In this document: one piece after another, positions 23,838-35,527 of the stretch
Layout of the letters: every line of letters starts with the position of its first letter
How positions within the stretch are numbered: position 1 is the first letter of the stretch
Assembly: GCA_965644295.1 (NCBI GenBank)
Contig: CBFFRP010000181.1
Location: 124,001 to 188,000, forward strand
Source: Paraphysomonas bandaiensis
Lineage: Eukaryota > Protista > Chrysophyceae
Length of the DNA stretch: 64,000 bases
Reading direction: 5' to 3'
Program-made: the position numbers and the translations under genes
The notes under the pieces: model-generated
Told to the model about the DNA's origin: nothing
What the model saw: only the letters and a program-made list of their open reading frames with translations
Databases searched by the model: none

Positions 23838-26564
23838 ATGTTACGTAAAAATCTTTTAAGAAGGATTATTATACGTCCATTTACTACCCCAATACATCAT
23901 ACACCAATCCCTGAATTGAATCATTTTAAATCATCTATTAAGAGTTTATTAGATACAAAAACAATTAATCATAATCATATTGATACTATCATTCAAGAGA
24001 ATCAACATATACTTATACCAAGTGATATCTCATATCTTTTATATTGTACTGCATTAAATCGTTTTCAATTACAATCCAAACATTATAAAATTGCGAATGA
24101 AGTGATTACTACAACAGAGAAGCCTATAAATATACCTGAATTATCACGAATGTTATTTGGTTTAAAAGATCATGATGGTAAATGTGATAATGTTTGTGAA
24201 TTTCTTTCTTCTATAGCAAATATTCTTGAAGATCAACGCGAAGTTCATCAAATTTCTTATTGGCATGAAAAAGCTATCGCTATGTCACTATTTGGACTTA
24301 AAAATATGTCTAGTTCCTTATCACCTATGCCAAAGTTACTGCGCGAATTGTCAATTCGTCTACGTTTGAATGATGGTTCTTTTAGCTCGCACTCTGTCAT
24401 CAATGCTGTGCGTTGTATCACCAACATGAACTCAAGTCTACCAGAGGTGAAAGAGCTTGTTTCGTTGCTGGCCTATAAGATTCATGGATCATCTGAAGTT
24501 TTCACTGACTACCAATTATACAATGCTTTACGCTCTCTTTACCGCATAGACTCTTCGCACGTGGAGACTCGTGGACTTATTCATGCTATCCTTGGCAAGG
24601 TACCTGAGGGTGACATAACCCTGACCCCACATCAAGTTGGGACGATAATGTGGTCGCTTCAGCACCTCAACTTACAATACGAAGAAAATCGGGAGTTGCT
24701 TCAAGTTGTTAACAGAATCGTTCGATGTTGCGAGGGTCGATTTACCCCACTTCAGCTGGGAAGGGCACTTTATGGGATGCGAGAGATGAACAAGTTGCAA
24801 TGCAAGGAAGCCTGTGGTGTGTTCGTTTCTGTGTCGAAGCTCGCAAACCCGAAAGGTGTCTATAGGATACAAGATATAAAGCGCTGTATGTTTGGTCTGA
24901 ACAATACGACCGTCCGCACACCAGGGTATAGAAATATTGTCTCTGTAATCAGAAAAGCTCTTATCAACTATCGCGAAAACATTTCTGCTTCTGATATGTA
25001 CTCCATTTTTACTGGTATGTATTACGTCCCTGAAGCAGGAACGCATGGTATCTACACTGCTGTTGCGGAAAAAGTTAAGGGGTCGACAGATCCGTTTAAT
25101 GCTAGTGTGGCGGCCACGGCAGTTATATGTATGCGTCATATGAATTCGCGTGTTCCTGCTGTCAAGACTTTAATCTCGGCAGTATCCGAAAAAATTGAAG
25201 CATCAGAGTTCACTATTGACGACGACAAATGGATGATGTTATACGGTATGCAAAACATGTCCGGCAAAAATGAAACCGTGCTGCAACTTATTAGAGCCTT
25301 AGTGCCGAAGTTCCGGCCCTCAAAACGCCCTATCCTTCCGCGAGATGTTGGTTGTGGTTTTTTCGGACTGCGTGAAATGTACAGTCGAAATACCGAAGTG
25401 AAAGCACTGTTGAGGAGTTTGAACGATGATCTGTTGTTGCAGAGGAACCTGCAATTGGACGGTCGCGCTGTAGGCAGTGCTCTACACGGACTCCGGAACA
25501 TGAGCGCAGAGCATGAGGAAGTCAGGAATATTGTCAACACTTTGGCAGAAATAGTATCCCGAAGTAAGAATCTGGATATGCAAGCATTACATGTGAGTAT
25601 GGCTCTGTACGGCTTTCAGGGTATGACCTCTGACTCATTCGAAGTTCGAGCACTTCTCAGAGCTATCACTCCGCACATCAAGCTCTGTGGGGATAAGTTT
25701 ACTCCGATACATGTTAGCAATATGCTTCACGGCTTAAAAGGCATGAGCAGCGGCGTAGAGGAGGTTAACTCTTTACTCCAAGTGCTTGGGTCGAAGATAG
25801 ACACTTGTGACGAGGTCATGGAGGGACATCTTGTAACCTCTGCTACTTTTGGACTGCGCGGTATGAAGTCTGAGCATGGTGCAGTGAGAGACGTGCTAAG
25901 TTCACTGTTGAGGCAGCTGGTCCGATTACCAATTGGTACATCTGATTCGGGTCTTGCTCCAGACTCTGTGTGCTCATGTATGTTCGGGATACAAAATCTT
26001 AACCCTGACTATCCCGTAGTGAGAGATTATATGCGGTGTTTACTTGAGAGAGCCACCAGTAATTCTGATATCAGTATGACCCATTCACAATTTGGAAGGG
26101 GTATGTATGGATTGAAATCATGCAGTGATAAATACACCGAGACCTGTGATATAATCGAATATTTTTACAAAAATATGCCCCATCCTGCCAGTGAGTTCAC
26201 CCAACAACATATAAGCAGTGCACTCTATGGAATGCAGCGAATGACCGGAGATCACCCCATTGTGCGTAAAATGGCTGCGTCGCTCGCTGACACGATTACT
26301 TCTCAGAAACTCACTTTTAGTGCGTCGCATTCCACGAATGCCATCGTCGGATTGAGATCTCTTAATACTGATTACGATGAATGCCGCCAACTTATAGCAG
26401 CAGTGACAGAAGCTATTAGAAATAGTGTATATACAGCCCAGCCATCCGATATCACGTTCATAGAGAATTCGTTTGGGGCCAGTTTCAACAAGTTGCAGAC
26501 TTCGGGTCGGTATCCTGAGTTGAAAGATTTATTTCATGAAATAACACTTAAATTGGCAGCGTAG
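23838..26564 (+). CDS. 908-aa intronless helical-repeat (about 40-aa period) protein, probably mitochondrion-targeted
   Basis: About 19 repeats fit (S/N)ALYG(L/M)xxMxSxxxEV(R/K)xLLxxL. The N-terminus MLRKNLLRRIIIRPFTT is Arg-rich and free of acidic residues. Confidence 0.85.
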   Translation: MLRKNLLRRIIIRPFTTPIHHTPIPELNHFKSSIKSLLDTKTINHNHIDTIIQENQHILIPSDISYLLYCTALNRFQLQSKHYKIANEVITTTEKPINIPELSRMLFGLKDHDGKCDNVCEFLSSIANILEDQREVHQISYWHEKAIAMSLFGLKNMSSSLSPMPKLLRELSIRLRLNDGSFSSHSVINAVRCITNMNSSLPEVKELVSLLAYKIHGSSEVFTDYQLYNALRSLYRIDSSHVETRGLIHAILGKVPEGDITLTPHQVGTIMWSLQHLNLQYEENRELLQVVNRIVRCCEGRFTPLQLGRALYGMREMNKLQCKEACGVFVSVSKLANPKGVYRIQDIKRCMFGLNNTTVRTPGYRNIVSVIRKALINYRENISASDMYSIFTGMYYVPEAGTHGIYTAVAEKVKGSTDPFNASVAATAVICMRHMNSRVPAVKTLISAVSEKIEASEFTIDDDKWMMLYGMQNMSGKNETVLQLIRALVPKFRPSKRPILPRDVGCGFFGLREMYSRNTEVKALLRSLNDDLLLQRNLQLDGRAVGSALHGLRNMSAEHEEVRNIVNTLAEIVSRSKNLDMQALHVSMALYGFQGMTSDSFEVRALLRAITPHIKLCGDKFTPIHVSNMLHGLKGMSSGVEEVNSLLQVLGSKIDTCDEVMEGHLVTSATFGLRGMKSEHGAVRDVLSSLLRQLVRLPIGTSDSGLAPDSVCSCMFGIQNLNPDYPVVRDYMRCLLERATSNSDISMTHSQFGRGMYGLKSCSDKYTETCDIIEYFYKNMPHPASEFTQQHISSALYGMQRMTGDHPIVRKMAASLADTITSQKLTFSASHSTNAIVGLRSLNTDYDECRQLIAAVTEAIRNSVYTAQPSDITFIENSFGASFNKLQTSGRYPELKDLFHEITLKLAA

Positions 26565-26856
26565 ATGCATAAAGGAAAACATATATTTAATTGCTCAATA
26601 TCAGGGAATAATAATAATTTTTATGACCGTGACGTAATATGCTGTGAATCTGTATTGACATGCTCCCTGGGGCATCCCTCGCGAGATTGCTCTGTCCATA
26701 GCACTACAAGCTTTGATTGTCTGAAAAAACAGTACTTTTAAGAGGCTTATATACATTGCTAAATGATAGAAATGGTCACTCCATTATAAGTATTTTCTAA
26801 AATTATTAACTATTGCGTAATTGGGGCTACTTCAGTAAAGCATAAAGAATAAATTT

Positions 26857-28218
26857 GAGATATATGTTCCATTGCGTCAAAGGAAGAGATACGTATCAAG
26901 TGGAGGAATGTAGGGAGATGTAAAATAAATATTGTACTTCTTTTACTAGGTTCTCTATATTATAATACCTCAGTATGTTTGTTGTTCGGGAAGTTCCTTA
27001 CAAAATAAATCGTAGGACCTATACTCTCTCATTTGCAGCTGTCCGTGGTTTTGGGACAATGGTCGTTACTGCTCCCACTCCCTAGCCGTACATCACTTGC
27101 GAGGTATGTGTGTGTCATTTTTATATCCCCTTAAACTTCTTAAACACTGATGTAAAGCACATGGCGAGCACTATCAGGCCTGCAAGGAAACGCGGCCGGC
27201 CTTGCAATGCAGCTAGGGCTCTTTGCTGTTGCTGAACTTCGTCAGGAAATGATGTCCGGACTAGCAGAACTTCGTGATCTTTTAATGAGAAAAAATGATG
27301 ATCCTTCACCTGCTTATGATCCTCCACCTTCTAGTACTGTGCCCCCAACGGCTGTAGCCGCGTCGTCTCAGAGCATAGGTACTAATACTACTACTGTAAG
27401 TAGTATTGGTGAAAATAGCTTTATGCGTATGCATTGTATCCAAAACCAGGCTATTCGGTTGGAGCGTTTGCAATCTCAAGAGAGGCAAATGCAGCTATAT
27501 GAGAATATGACATTACACAACACAAGTCGTGGCAGGGCCAACTTGTAACGCAATAAATATTGCTAATAACAACTATAATTGCAACTTTTTCTTTATCTTT
27601 AACCTCTCAGCTACAAATTACAGTAAAATAATAACTCAATACTTAGATATGAAACCTGGTGAAATCGTTTTACCAGGTTTTGGTATTACCTCGACTTCTA
27701 ATCAACGATGAATCTGTAGATGTCATGGCCCTTAGGCCAGGGGACTGGAAGAACACGTACGTACGACACGCGCAGTACCTGAATGGTATGTGCGTGGATT
27801 ACCGCGTGGTACCAAACCACAGAAATGAAAAAATTCTTCGCTGGCAGTGTCGGTTTTCTGATGCTCCTGATCACATCCTGGCTCATCCGAAGATTATGGG
27901 GTTCGATGCCCATGAAATGAAGATTGCTGTGGAGCTACACCGTACTTGGTCATCAGAAACAGCCCCAGCTTTCATTCGACTGTGACGACGAAGTGTGAGG
28001 CATATAGCATTTGAATTTTTGAATTTATGGCTACAGTAGCTATGCCACCCTGTTTGACTAGGTGAATACCCACTTCCACCTACTCAACCTAGTTATTGTA
28101 ATGATAAAAATCTAATTATTTGATGACTAGGTTTTTCTACCTTTTGACTAGGTTTTTACACCAATATTGGTGTGACTTGGAAATTCCACTAAATTGACTA
28201 GGTCGAAAAATAGATCCC
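26857..28218. mobile_element. Non-autonomous Mutator-like element (MULE) with internal gene-like cargo
   Basis: A 9-bp TSD AATAAATTT is at 26848-26856 and 28219-28227. The termini are GAGATATAT.../...ATAGATCCC. The right arm (28063-28218) is the reverse complement of 61387-61525. Confidence 0.8.
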
Positions 28219-29039
28219 AATAAATTTACAACATTAAGCATCTGTTTACTAGATGGGCACGTTTTCTTAGAATAGTAGATTTCATTGAAGTTAATCTTGA
28301 AGTTATATACACAGATGTACAACAACGACGAATCAGGGGAGAAAGTTAAACCTAAAAATATTGAATTATACTTGTTGAAGTACAGTAATGACTAAATTAC
28401 GTTAAGAGAGATATAGTGAAAATATGATGTTGTAGCACTGTGATTGAAGAACTACGTCAATCATCAACACAACATTCTGTTTTACAAATCGTATATTTAA
28501 CAGCTACTATATTTTTATTTTCTTTGTAAACTTTTAATAGCTACTCCTATAGTGTAGTCATGTATATTTTGTATTTCATTGCTACATAGTACATATAGAA
28601 TACAGGATAGCTACTAGCGATATGCTTCAACAAGCTTCAAGTACGCACGTAAGGGTTGGTTGTAGTTCAATAAAAACTCACAAAGTAACTCAAAGTTCAA
28701 AGACTTCCCACAAAAAATCCTTCCTAAATGTAATAAATTTGACTTATTAGGATTCAGCTTAATACAAGATTGTATCTGTGAGTTATAATGTTCAATGAAA
28801 TATATCATGAACTGAATTAGAGAGAGTATCTGTTGAAATTACATGATCGTCATCATAACGTCGTCATTATCAGTTACACTTCTAACTATTCCGTTGTGCA
28901 TGATAGTTATTCATATTGTTATTCACTGTGTTCATTACTTTACACTCTAATAATCACAACATTGTTTTACTATTACTAAGATCAATTCTTTATTTGACTT
29001 AATACGCGTCATGTGTCTAATGTCTACTGCCTAGCGTTG

Positions 29040-29195
29040 TTTGTTGAGTTTAGCTGTTTGTGAGCAATTAAAAGTTGTATATATCTAAGGTATTTGAATT
29101 TACCGTTCATCGAAGAATGCAGTAGTGGATAAGAGTATTAAATGAACTAATGTTCTGCTAGTGACTAGTGCATCTAGTAGTGAAACTGAAATATA
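29040..29195 (-). repeat. Dispersed repeat, inverted homologue of about 1205-1355 (and about 6600-6695)
   Basis: The reverse complement reads caaataccttaga...ttttaattgctcacaaacagctaaactcaaca, versus caaataccttagaac...ttttaattgctctcaaacagcaaaatcaaca at about 1302-1352. Confidence 0.7.
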
Positions 29196-29641
29196 TTGAC
29201 CATTGACCCTATATGATTGTCACTATCTGTGATCGAATGAATGTGATGGTATTTGAGATAACATGAATTTGGCGAACTACAATGAATGATAAGTGACATT
29301 GGATATGGTTTAAAATTTATAACTAAGCACTACGTGTATATCAAGTTCAGTTTATTATTTTTTCACCCACCTAATCTTAACAAAACTTGACAACATTGTT
29401 GATGGGAGGATATTTATTATCACAATCTTTTAAACTGGAGTCATTCTTTAAATTAATATTTAAATTGGAGTCATTATTACGCATTTTAGTCAAATTGTGC
29501 TTCCAAGACAGAGGAGTCATATATGTTATATCACTGCACTCAATATCGTGCCATAGTATTTCTATGAGAGCGATGACAATGTAACCGCCACAGAATTATA
29601 TATATTTCTTACTCAGATTTTATATGATGGGTTTCCCACAG

Positions 29642-30967
29642 TTATAGCCCTAACCTTTCCATGAGGTAGTCATTGGTAAACATGTTGTTCGGATCCATGC
29701 GCTTCTTCACTTCCATAAATCGGTCGTAGTTTTTACCGTACGATGTTCTAACGATATCAGCGTTCATGTAATTAACCTTTCCCCAGTGAGCACGCCCTTC
29801 GTATTTCTCCTCACATATAGCCTCAAGTCCGCGACTATACATCTCAAATTCCTGTGTACTGCCAGTCTTGTCTTTGTCACCTATCACGATGAAGGAAATA
29901 ACACTGGAATTGCGGCGGTATAACGGAGAAAGCAAAATATCGTCAGCAGCAACATAGCGTACTCCTGTAAAGAGCTCAACGTCAGGATCATGTTTGTCCT
30001 TGACTGACTCCTGGAAGGCAATAAAGTCCAACACTGCCGCCTGCGTGTACTCCACTGGAATAAACATTTCCATTTCCGTATATAAGTCCCTATCCTCATA
30101 ATGATCGATACTATCAACCATCGTTTTGTAGCTGACGTCAACACATTCCGAGGCTGCAGTGGGAAGTGAGGACCAGCATCCCGCTTGCCCACCAGCTGCC
30201 GGTGAGATAGAGTCGGTAGTGACTTCCCGAGTTAATAACGTCGCATCAGAGGTGTACGGTGTGAACCACCACTGCAGCCTATCATAGCTATTCAGCAGGT
30301 CTGGTAGATCCTGTAACAAGGCAGAAAGGTCGTACGAAACCTGAGTCTTACGCATTCGAAAAAGGGGAACAGTTCTAAGAGTAAGGGTTGATATCACACC
30401 CACAGCTCCCAAACCTGCCCGAGCAGCCGCAAGAAGCTCCACATCATCCTCATCAGAAGCAATATGAATCATACCATCACTATCAATCACACGCATAGAT
30501 TTAATCTGGGTTGATATGCTCCCTAGAGCAGCACCTGTCCCATGTGTACCTGTAGAGATTGCCCCAGCAAGACTCTGCGCCGCTGTAGCTCCAAGATTCT
30601 CAATTGCTAAATTCATAGCTTCTAATTGATCATTTAAATCTCTTAAACGTATACCAGCTTGAACTTCAACAAGTGCCTCTCCAGTAGACATATATGTCGT
30701 CTTTAATATACGGTTATAACGATCTAATGAGATCATATTGCCATCAGTTAATTGTATGCCTGAAAATGAATGACCTGCACCAACAATTTTTAATGTTTCA
30801 TTATTATATTTAGAGGAATGTATGTGTGATATGATCTGATCCTCTGTGGATGGGAGAGTGTAAGTTAAGGGGTGACAGGTCATGAGTTTATCCCAGTCTG
30901 AGTATAAGATACCTTCACTTGATGTGTAGGAAGGGAAGAGATGGAGGAGAAAGAGGAAGAGTGACAT
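29642..30967 (-). CDS. FAD-linked aldonolactone oxidase (GULO/ALO family), with signal peptide
   Basis: Motifs are VGAGHS (covalent FAD His), QAGIRL..LN, QSLAGAISTGTHG, GLGAVGVI and C-terminal GRAHWGK...DPNNMFTNDY. The probable start is MSLFLFLLHL at 30967. Confidence 0.9.
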   Translation of the reverse strand: MSLFLFLLHLFPSYTSSEGILYSDWDKLMTCHPLTYTLPSTEDQIISHIHSSKYNNETLKIVGAGHSFSGIQLTDGNMISLDRYNRILKTTYMSTGEALVEVQAGIRLRDLNDQLEAMNLAIENLGATAAQSLAGAISTGTHGTGAALGSISTQIKSMRVIDSDGMIHIASDEDDVELLAAARAGLGAVGVISTLTLRTVPLFRMRKTQVSYDLSALLQDLPDLLNSYDRLQWWFTPYTSDATLLTREVTTDSISPAAGGQAGCWSSLPTAASECVDVSYKTMVDSIDHYEDRDLYTEMEMFIPVEYTQAAVLDFIAFQESVKDKHDPDVELFTGVRYVAADDILLSPLYRRNSSVISFIVIGDKDKTGSTQEFEMYSRGLEAICEEKYEGRAHWGKVNYMNADIVRTSYGKNYDRFMEVKKRMDPNNMFTNDYLMERLGL

Positions 30968-31124
30968 GGTGAGTGTTTTGTTATATAGTAGCATATATAT
31001 GCCTCTCTCACTATCATAAACATACATATATTACAAGTACACACTACCCACCTACCTACCAACAGCAGCTTACACAAAACTCTTGGAATTCCAACCTACC
31101 TTCGTACCTACCTACCTCATACTC

Positions 31125-31298
31125 ACATACATACATATATACATACATACATACATACATACATACATACATACATACATACATACATACATACATACAT
31201 ACATACATACATACATACATACATACATACATACATACATACATACATACATACATACATACATACATACATACATACATACATACATACATACATAC
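31125..31298. repeat. (CATA)n microsatellite of about 43 units between divergent genes
   Basis: Read directly from the sequence. Confidence 0.98.
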
Positions 31299-31438
31299 AC
31301 TGCCATACTGCTGTGTAGGTATAGAAATAGCTATATGTTATGATGTTTCTATAGATAGTATTCACCGAATACACAGTTTCTCCCATGTCATAACCCCCTA
31401 ATTGTCACTGACATTATACTCACACCTCCACAAGGTCA

Positions 31439-33795
31439 ATGAGTGAGGATATCAACTCACGAACAACCAGTCGAACAAAGAGGTATAGCATATCAATACA
31501 TATACAGCACAGTCCCACTCACCATATGATTATAGTGATAACATACACTCCATTAAAATACCTTCATGGGAATTAATTGAATCAAATGGAAACAAATATG
31601 CGGTATACATGAAAATACATTACTAGTACTATATAATCTTTGCATGTACCTATATAGGTGTATGTTGTGGAGATATGTTCGACGCTTGGCAATAGACATA
31701 TTGTTCGTAAAGTACGTTCTTATATACAACTTTATATCTTGTAACTGTTATTTAGAGATATTCTGAGTTTCGTACATTGAGAAGAAAATGTCGCAGTCTA
31801 ACTGATCGATCGCACTATATAGAAGGATTTCCTAAGAAAAAATGGTTTTTTAATACTACAAAAAGTTGTTTGGATGAACGTCGAAAACTACTGGAAATAT
31901 ATATTAACAAAATTGCATTATTTGCTCAATTAAATGGTAAATTCAAATGTGAATTGTGTGAGTTTATACAAGTGGAGGAAGACCTGCTGGATTATGTAAT
32001 CGACGATGAGGTATCAGAAGGGGATAATTCACATGGAAACAGCGCTGAAAAGGTGTTAACTCAGGATCTGACGGAAGGTCTGCCTCGTCGAGGAAGTCAA
32101 CCAGTACCATTCATGCAGCCGAAGGATGGCTCACCGCCCATGACCCTAACAGGATATATCAAGAAGGAGAGTAGCTTTTCAAGTGCACTAAGCCGATATC
32201 TCTTTGAGCTTAAGTCTACACCTGTGGCCTCTACCCTGAGATATTATGCAGCCGACGGAGATACTGTCAAGGGCGTTCTCGACCTTCGTGCATGTCGTGT
32301 AGAAGAAAGTGAAGAGTGCCGACTATCTTTGGAGACTCCTTCCAACGGGATATGGATTTTGGTGCTCGAAGATTCGATGGAATATGAGTACTGGATGTCT
32401 GCCATAAATTGCCATATTGCATATGCACAGGCCAGAGTTCCACCGCCAATGAAGGGGTATCTCATGAAAGCGGGGCATATTAATCAGAACAGTTGGAATA
32501 AACGCTATTTTGTGCTACAATCCACCGTTACTGCCACGACCCTTACCTACTATGAACATCACTCTGAAGATCCGCCATATGGCGTTAATAAGAAAAAAGA
32601 AATCAATATCCGGGACTATGAGCTCGATGAGTATACTGGGAGCGATGATATGATATATCTTAAAACACGTGTAGTGGAAGCGCACCCGGTACACGATGTA
32701 TACCGACTACGCTTCATTGATTCCTCTGATCGTGCAGAATGGGTTGATGCCTTGCGTAGCCATATTGAATATGTTATGTCGTATGAAGGCCCTGAGAGTC
32801 TCATTAGCACAGTCACGAATATGGGAAAGGCAGCTTTTGGCGGACGCTCAGATGATAGCGGCCGGCGTAAATCTCTTTTTAAATCAACGAGTTCAACTGT
32901 CTCCGACCGAGGACACACCTCCGAGCCAGTTTCTACTGTACGAAATAAACGACCTGATTTTGCTCCAGTTCAACCTTCAAAGCCTATACTATTTGTTCCT
33001 ACTGGTGATGACACCCCACCTATTAGAATTACTGGGTATATCAAGAAGGAGAGTAGCTTTTCAAGTGCACTAAGCCGATACCTCTTTGAGCTTAAGTCTA
33101 CACCTGTGGCCTCTACCCTGACGTATTATGCAGCCGACGGAGATACTGTCAAGGGCGTTCTCGACCTTCGTGCATGTCGTGTAGAAGAAAGTGAAGATCA
33201 TAGAGTTACCCTGGTGGCACCAGGGATGGGGGTATGGGTTCTTGTGTTCGATACACAGGGAGAATTCCAGTACTGGATTGCAGCTCTGCGATGCCATATT
33301 GCTTACGCAGGAGTGCGTATCCCTGAGTCTATCTCAGGGTACATGAAAAAAGAAGGACATATACGGCACAATTGGAAAAAGCGCTTCTTTGTACTCGAGT
33401 CTACCCCAACTTCCACTACACTTACATACTATGAGAAACATTCCGAATCATCATCACTGTATGGACACAAGAGAAAAAAACAAATCAATTTACGGGAGTA
33501 TGAGTTAAACGAGCATACTGGAGAAGATGATATGATTATACTGAAAACCAAAATTGCCGAGCAGCATCCTATTCACGATGTTTACAAGCTAAAGTTTTTG
33601 GATCCCGCTGATCGCGACATCTGGGTGCCAGCACTTAAAGCTCATCTTGATTACGTTATGACGTATGAAGGAGCTGGTTTCTTGTCGGAAAAGCTGTCAA
33701 GCCGCACTAGAATGGGGCCTGGAGATATCGCTCCTGACCACATGCGCACAAGCAACAAGGAACTCTTACAGAGGCATAGCATGAGAGTGACGTAA
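31439..33795 (+). CDS. PX domain + four PH domains (duplicated PH-PH unit); three short 5' introns
   Basis: The spliced 5' exons give IKIPSWELIESNGNKYAVYVVEI...RKRYSEFRTL...FPKKKWF...LDERRKLLEIY (PX domain). PH motifs are GYLMKAGH..SWNKRYFVL and GYMKKEGH..NWKKRFFVL, with EW..AL ends. Confidence 0.9.
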
Positions 33796-34966
33796 GTGAT
33801 AATGTAGTGCTCTGACTAAGTGTGAATGGTAATCGTTGTAATGTCGGTTATATGTGATATATGGCTACATTTTAGTTGTTGTTATTTTATTAATTGATGT
33901 GATGTCGTACTTCAGCATGATATAATAATTTAGAAGTGGTGTTTTTACTCTTTTTATTGGAATTGTAACCTGGAATAAAACCTTCCATTGTTTTATCACT
34001 TATTATGCTGAGCTCTGCAGTATGATGCGGAGTATATTGTGCAATTGTGGTGAGTTAATAGTGTGCAATGGGAGAAATCAACTCATAGGTGTAGCGATCG
34101 AAACATATTAAGATTAAGTATCATGACTAGAGAGTAGAGAGCATATGCATCCAAAACAGTTAAATACTACTAATAATAGAATTTACTTTACTAATAAACT
34201 GAAATATAATCAGTTTCCTGCTTCCTGTAGATTACCAGAGCATATCCACATGATCTATAGAGTAACATCTCTCGACATCACGAGTAATATATGAATACGG
34301 AGGACAGAACAGATATCGTGAGCTCAATTCGCGCCATCACTCGATGGTCAAATTATTAAGAAGTGTTGTGATCAATAGTGAAGCACTGATGTAATCATCC
34401 TGCATCCTGCATATACAGATCCTCTAACTGGAAAACAAAACAAGATGTATGTTATGTATGTATGTTTATATCAGTGTATATTATCGTATGATATCTTATC
34501 GCACTATTGAGAGAGAGGAGTGATATAATTTAAAGCAGTATATAGCAGTCAAGAATAATCTTATGTGGTTATATGGCTATATGTCCCTTTAAAGTACCTC
34601 TGAGAGATGTGTTGGAATCCGATACGTGGAATGCTACTATAGGTAGGATATTGTACTACCAAACGTATACGTGTACATACAGTTGTGAACATACGTATGA
34701 CTGCAGTAGACATACTGCTGTATATACGTATGACATAGAATACTGCTGTAGGAATGTGAATGATATGATAGGATACATACGATATGCTGGGTTTGGGATA
34801 TATGGATTTTTCTATATGTTCTGTATGTACGCACTGTGTATCTCTGTATGCTGTATGTTTAATATCATGCATATATAAACAGCTGGTACTTAACACACAC
34901 ATATATATATATATCACTCACTGAGTATAGCACACAATATTGTACTTATATCAAATTATAGAAACA

Positions 34967-35527
34967 ATGATTAGTTTTCAAACCCCTCTATTACGTTTCT
35001 TAATGATATTATCAGGACTATATTCATTGGTTACTTCATGTTCCACTGAAAGTAAATCAGATTGTTATGATGACGCATCAAGCAATGAAGGAGATTGGGT
35101 TCGTTGCGATTTATGTGTTTGTGATAATTTTGATGATTTTACGGATGATGAGAAAGCATGTTCTGCTTCAAATAACGATTTATACAATTGTTATATAAAG
35201 CAAGATGTAGATTTGCCTGATATCACATGGTCATGTAAGGTGTGTATAGTTACAATTCAATTAATCTTATTCATGGCACCTAACATGTGTTGTGTTTCTA
35301 CGTATATCAAACTGCACCGCATTTTAATAGTGTTCTAATCAAAGCATACACACATTTAGGTTCAGATGAAGACTTCTTGGGTTGTTGGGTTCGTATTTAT
35401 TTCTATTTTTGGGTGTTGTTGTATTGCGGCTATATGTGGAGGCCTTGCCAGATTGGCAAGTCAGCCGACACCGCGGAAACAAGAGGAAACACTTACCACT
35501 AATTTAACCGCTTCCCCTCAGTTGTAG
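34967..35527 (+). CDS. Small Cys-rich single-pass membrane protein (2 exons; intron about 35240-35359)
   Basis: A signal peptide precedes a Cys/Asp-rich ectodomain. The spliced second exon gives a TM segment WVVGFVFISIFGCCCIAAICGGL and a stop at 35527. Confidence 0.7.

Noticed and set aside
30973-31401. ORFs encoding (YIHT)n / (MYVC)n
   Set aside because: These are translations of the (CATA)n microsatellite, which is stop-free in most frames.
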